Part shown: positions 60,701 to 64,000 of the stretch, in pieces
How the letters are laid out: each line of letters opens with the position of its first letter
Numbering within the stretch: position 1 is the stretch's first letter
Assembly: GCA_019058315.1 (NCBI GenBank)
Contig: JAHPZH010000003.1
Location: 779,983 to 843,982, forward strand
Reading direction: 5' to 3'
From: Candidatus Helarchaeota archaeon
GTDB taxonomy: Archaea > Asgardarchaeota > Lokiarchaeia > Helarchaeales > RDOG01
Length of the DNA: 64,000 bases
Made by a program: the position numbers and the translations under genes
The notes under the pieces: model-generated
What the model was told of the DNA's origin: nothing
The model's input: only the letters and a program-made list of their open reading frames with translations
Database searches by the model: none

Positions 60701-63700
60701 AAGTTCAAGAGCTGGAACAAAGAAAAAAACGGGAAGATGAGCTTCGGAAATTACTTCGAAGTAAGAGAGCTAAGGGAGAATCATTAAACATTGCACAAGA
60801 GCGGAATTACGCTAAAATTACCTCTGAGATGCTTTGTCTTAAAAAAATGAGGCGGTTATTTCCTGAATATACATCCCTTATTAATAAGACAATTAAAAAA
60901 ATGATGGACCAGCTTATTCAAACCTATTTAGACACAAACCAAGAGTTAGCTAGGGCGAAAAAAAAGAAGGAAATAGTCCAACTAGTAACCAAAAAATTAC
61001 GGATGATAGAAGGTATAGTTACAGAGTTCGGTTGGAAGGTTTATAGAGTAATAATAGGAGATAAATGTCCTGAATTAGAAACCTATGGAAGAGGAGCGAC
61101 GAGATTTGCCCGATCTATAAGAAAGAGTAAAGGTAAAGCCCTTGATAAATTAAATGCAGTGTTAAATTATCTGTATTATCAGCTCCAAATAGTAGGAAGT
61201 GAGGCGTTATACGAAGCTGGATTTTCTAAACGGTTTCCAGGACCGGGTTTATTGCATTACAGGAGAAAAAAGCCTAGAAAACGCGGAAGAAAATATAAGG
61301 CATTGTACTGGACCATGACGAAAAGAAATCAGGGAGCAATTTTTGATTTTATAGATCAATATAAACCCATCATAAATTTCTATCTATTTAGATTCATCCT
61401 TGATGGGGAGTTGGATCCTAAAACAGACATTTGGCAAAAATATGATGAACGAAAAAGAAGGATTTATTACCTTTCTCCACACGGAAGAAATAAAATAAAA
61501 GAGTTATTTGAACAAATTTGTTCCTTAAAATTTGTATATAAAAATAAAAAATTCACCTTTAAAACCATAATGAGAAAAGAAGCTGAAAACTTAGCTAGAT
61601 ATTTAGAATCAAAACGCAAAATAATTTATACTCCTTTTTTTGCCTTTGAAACTGAAGATGATGCGATTTGGGCGCATAGCAGCTTACGCTTCATACATAA
61701 TGTTTTGGGAAAGGGGAAATATAGAGGGCATATATCTCAACATTTTGAAACCAAATATGCGAAAAAACGGAAAAAAGTAACGCGTAGAAGACGGACTGTC
61801 CCCTCCGAACCCAAAAAGTTACCTATTAATGTAGTTATCGTGCACCATGTCGATTTTGACGGGTTTAAGTCTGCACTTAACCTCGTCTATAAACACCTAA
61901 ATGACAGGATACATCTTTTTTATGCAACAAACAAAAAAGGAAGAAATTATATTGAATCGGTGCTTGAAAATAAGATAGCAAGTGTGTTACACCGAAACAT
62001 GAAAAACATAATTTATATAGCAGATTTTCCTCTACCGCTAGAGCGTAAAGACTTTCTTTTAAATTTTTTAACTGGGTTAAAGAGGAGAGGGTTGACATTT
62101 GAGCCCTACTGGTTCGATCACCACGATACTTCTGGAGTTCGGCAAATGAGGAAAGTGTTACAAGAGTTCAGTGGGAAATTCATCCATACAAATGATGAGA
62201 CTGTTGAAACGTATGATTTAATAATAAACCATATTAGAAGTGCTCGACCTAGAATTAAGGATGTTAAAGCATATCAACAACTTAAAATTGATACAGTAGA
62301 GGATTTTGATGATAAATTGAGAACCATAAATACTTCTGCTAATTTAAGTAATTGGCATGAACAATATGACTATTATCGCCTTGTATCTCATTATAAAATA
62401 AATTTTCTTAATTTTTTTAAGCGCATTTGTGTGTGTGAAATAAACGAAGAAATACCTAAAGAGACTAAAGGATTTAAACGGTATCAAGCTAAGATTGAGG
62501 CACTTATTAAAAACCCTAATCAATTGTTATATTATTATGAATTTGGGGAAACCGGTTACGGGTATACATATGCACTATTTATGTTTAAGAAAAGCTTTCC
62601 ACTTAGAAAAATTGATAAGCTTGTAAAAACCCTGGGTAGAAATCCCAGAGAATTGGATATCAAGATTTTTTACTGGTCAGACCATACCATATCATTACGT
62701 GCAAAAAAATCAACTCCCATTAGCTTCCACGGGCTGTTAGGTGAGCAGGAGGGACACAAAAAAGCTTCTGGAGTACATTCACTAAAGGTCAAATTTATCC
62801 CTCATAATATAGATGCTTATAATTACCTTGATTTTGAATATGGGTATGTCACGTCCATAGCAGAGTTTATGGCAAGGCTCAAAATTAGCCCTCTTCAACA
62901 AGCATCTGGAGCGTTTTCCGCTATAAAAACCGGCATATCCACCTTTGATAAGTATGAATATGACTTTATGACCCTTTCGGATATGGGAGAGCCTTGTTTT
63001 CCTACATTTTTAAAGAAAATGGATAAAGTAATAAAAGGGTTTCATAGGGGTTCGGTAATTTTGCTATTTTGTCATAAATATGACCGACATAGGATGATGT
63101 ATTTTATCAAATATTTGATGTTAATAGCACAGCACAAAAAAGGATTGCACTCAAAAAAAGTAGTGTGCATTGATACAACAGCATATCCCTTTTATCGAAA
63201 GATGCTCTCATTCATGAAAACGTATGGAAAGTTTACTCTGGAGCATCTAAAAAATATCATATTCATTAATACATTGAATTTAGCTAAGTTACATGATGCA
63301 GTGGATGGGTTAAAAGGAATAATAGAAACCTATCAGCCAAGATTAGTGGTGATAACTTCCCCATTTGCTAGTATTAGAAAGAAACATCCAATTAAGAACC
63401 ACTTAATTCCTTACGAGGTAGAAACTACCTCTATACGGTCAACGGAAGCGGCACGATTAATGATGAAAATTAAAAAGATAGCACGAAATACAGGGACGAT
63501 ATTCTTGCTTACCCACCACGTAAATTGGTATAAAGTATTTAAGACCAAGAACCCCTACCTCTATAACTCAATAAGCTTTGATACCTCAATTTTCTTAAAA
63601 AAAGAAGAACACAACACACTTAAATTTCATATAACCCACATAAGGCAACCAGATGCGACATGTAACATAAAACTTGAACTCAAGAGAAAGATGCTTCAAT

Positions 63701-64000
63701 TGCATGATATATGTTACAGCTCTATATTAAAAGGAACTAAAGTAATTCGCAATAATATCACAGAATCCTGCCCCGAATTAGCTTATTGCATGGAAGGATA
63801 TAATAAATATGGGGTAAAATTCCTTATTTTTAAGTTCAATCGAGGGGTTCGTGGAGTCCATAAATTAAGAAACAGGCTAGGGATTAACAGAAGTCTAGAT
63901 ATTGTTATAAGGGCGGATAATAGAATAGATGTTTATAACTTTGAGCCCGAATTTATTAATTTAGACGCTCTATTACATTTTGGGGGAGTCCCAAATGAAG
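57763..64000 (+). CDS. Giant multidomain Cas1-fusion protein (Hel308-like SF2 helicase - wHTH/Zn fingers - Cas1 - DHH/DHHA1 - degenerate RadA - DHHA1-like), 3'-truncated by the window
   Basis: Hand-translated frame has no stop from ATG 57763 to 64000 (2079 codons; in-frame GTG/TTG at 57730/57745/57754). Motifs: PTGFGKT, DEVH, HAGM, QMIGR; LRMIEG, DKLNAVLNYLY, GLLH, DFIDQYKP; HHVDFDG, IADF, FDHH, GHKKASG; VVCIDT, LVVITS. Confidence 0.88.
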   Translation, partial: MSSYFNKLKLHLKRNGIEEDKLYEHQKKAHKLLFEGFNYAAFVPTGFGKTEDALAALGRALYYNRVGVYLVPRVMLLHQKAKLLKTFFKGIARVIIIQGDIKPHPRELKSPWGKLIIVATFESFRAFLFSIQKRKYFDRKTNIFGSVVIDEVHMLGDRTHGAALETMLYKLHREHDSQFCFLSGSFEKTSADWWCKRFNCKLEYISHERDFYCWNIYAEYPTFKWKDNKIKGLCYEFLEFHISHDIQDSAEIRSGKMVIFARSRKKAEIYCNNVKNSLTSSRPKYEDHFKCSFIHAGMALEERKQIFDEFNSDEGVRFLFCTTVIEVGIDVKNIEVVLIEDAHSYSAIKRTQMIGRMRLNHGVVINIIRNFSKRIFKESIIYEKTYLANQILPSINCVLLGLYFKLFGKKRIFRRKEFSSKEYEKGNNIFHYKDTEPIRGYKLRKIYSDVSLGHLPNLILESLFRSPKNLSQIQQHIRGIIREDLLNKNENMIEEIIKKFKAKKYIRSTGGIFSLTYLGEAIVEGHLPELYLDWVLKLFEDDINLPTRKLKTLIAEMVAIKEANFKNYDDVKKFVRKYNNDPIIYAENLKKYGILKGDADVYRRCAAWIASAIYLLYRGYQFHNYVEKVRSNNECKNESVSSKNCPNYLQVRLKEPRKTSKRICNRINRIIKTFQKPGKNINLQKPPMWEYQKYHSPNEAALLDEKIIKVMGENDGPTKYELTQKINRDPDYKDTLITESRIAGRLRKSLASEIQCVKVYNNIGAPYFRYYLKGNVPEQSEFTCADCNNFDKDPARRISTAATIYTCQKLQIAINANTPSCAHFEPYENESRTFAIFPFKWNVEICPNCNKRKTIRMPQHGEATICRYCNALVERTGNGTFRTTTRHKISEDLVLKDDNGMKYIETDPNKRAIFVPKNHALVTEFIPQGKYYIVKVHGLGIRSFLQQVAEVVMAGGTICEDTKELLKQYEIKITTFSDEQVQELEQRKKREDELRKLLRSKRAKGESLNIAQERNYAKITSEMLCLKKMRRLFPEYTSLINKTIKKMMDQLIQTYLDTNQELARAKKKKEIVQLVTKKLRMIEGIVTEFGWKVYRVIIGDKCPELETYGRGATRFARSIRKSKGKALDKLNAVLNYLYYQLQIVGSEALYEAGFSKRFPGPGLLHYRRKKPRKRGRKYKALYWTMTKRNQGAIFDFIDQYKPIINFYLFRFILDGELDPKTDIWQKYDERKRRIYYLSPHGRNKIKELFEQICSLKFVYKNKKFTFKTIMRKEAENLARYLESKRKIIYTPFFAFETEDDAIWAHSSLRFIHNVLGKGKYRGHISQHFETKYAKKRKKVTRRRRTVPSEPKKLPINVVIVHHVDFDGFKSALNLVYKHLNDRIHLFYATNKKGRNYIESVLENKIASVLHRNMKNIIYIADFPLPLERKDFLLNFLTGLKRRGLTFEPYWFDHHDTSGVRQMRKVLQEFSGKFIHTNDETVETYDLIINHIRSARPRIKDVKAYQQLKIDTVEDFDDKLRTINTSANLSNWHEQYDYYRLVSHYKINFLNFFKRICVCEINEEIPKETKGFKRYQAKIEALIKNPNQLLYYYEFGETGYGYTYALFMFKKSFPLRKIDKLVKTLGRNPRELDIKIFYWSDHTISLRAKKSTPISFHGLLGEQEGHKKASGVHSLKVKFIPHNIDAYNYLDFEYGYVTSIAEFMARLKISPLQQASGAFSAIKTGISTFDKYEYDFMTLSDMGEPCFPTFLKKMDKVIKGFHRGSVILLFCHKYDRHRMMYFIKYLMLIAQHKKGLHSKKVVCIDTTAYPFYRKMLSFMKTYGKFTLEHLKNIIFINTLNLAKLHDAVDGLKGIIETYQPRLVVITSPFASIRKKHPIKNHLIPYEVETTSIRSTEAARLMMKIKKIARNTGTIFLLTHHVNWYKVFKTKNPYLYNSISFDTSIFLKKEEHNTLKFHITHIRQPDATCNIKLELKRKMLQLHDICYSSILKGTKVIRNNITESCPELAYCMEGYNKYGVKFLIFKFNRGVRGVHKLRNRLGINRSLDIVIRADNRIDVYNFEPEFINLDALLHFGGVPNE

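Larger units (their letters stand above)
50470..64000. mobile_element. Accessory defence/mobile island (STAND nuclease, HEPN, TnpB, giant Cas1 fusion); right end lies outside the window
   Basis: Abrupt switch from metabolic genes to nuclease/NTPase/integrase genes; boundaries are approximate. Confidence 0.55.

Noticed and set aside
57966-62098. Short minus-strand ORFs in the track (57966-58223, 59100-59444, 60220-60423, 60336-60539, 61877-62098)
   Set aside because: They are antisense shadows of the giant + strand ORF, which carries all the recognisable motifs.
63486-63504. Partial resemblance of the putative TnpB guide to AAATACAGGGACGATATTC in the giant ORF
   Set aside because: Only a 7-nt core (GGGACGA) matches without gaps, which is not significant.

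Overview
AT-rich archaeal chromosome segment, most likely from an Asgard archaeon (Loki/Helarchaeia-like). This is inferred from longin and roadblock proteins, Topo VI, the archaeal PoK/PPS/MfnA CoA pathway and frequent TTG/GTG starts. Positions 1-50.3 kb are mostly metabolic and housekeeping genes: fatty-acyl/lipid catabolism, threonine synthesis, top6AB, CoA synthesis and two pyrophosphatases. Two loci are invisible to the supplied ORF track. (1) A 21-codon Cys-rich peptide gene (48501-48566, MKITRVSKKKKTAACACKKCC) lies divergent from an RRE-radical SAM/SPASM maturase and a duplicated-Cys-motif partner, forming a candidate RiPP cluster. (2) A giant + strand ORF starts near 57763 and is still open at the window end (>=2079 codons). 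It fuses a Hel308/Ski2-like SF2 helicase, Zn fingers, a Cas1 integrase domain with apparently intact E/H/D residues, a DHH/DHHA1 nuclease, a degenerate RadA/Rad51-like ATPase and a second DHHA1-like repeat. It sits head-to-head with a TnpB gene and its omegaRNA-like structure, next to a nuclease-STAND NTPase gene and an ApeA-like HEPN gene, in an accessory defence/mobile island (~50.5-64 kb). No CRISPR array, tRNA or rRNA was seen. All domain calls come from motif reading by eye; no database searches were run.
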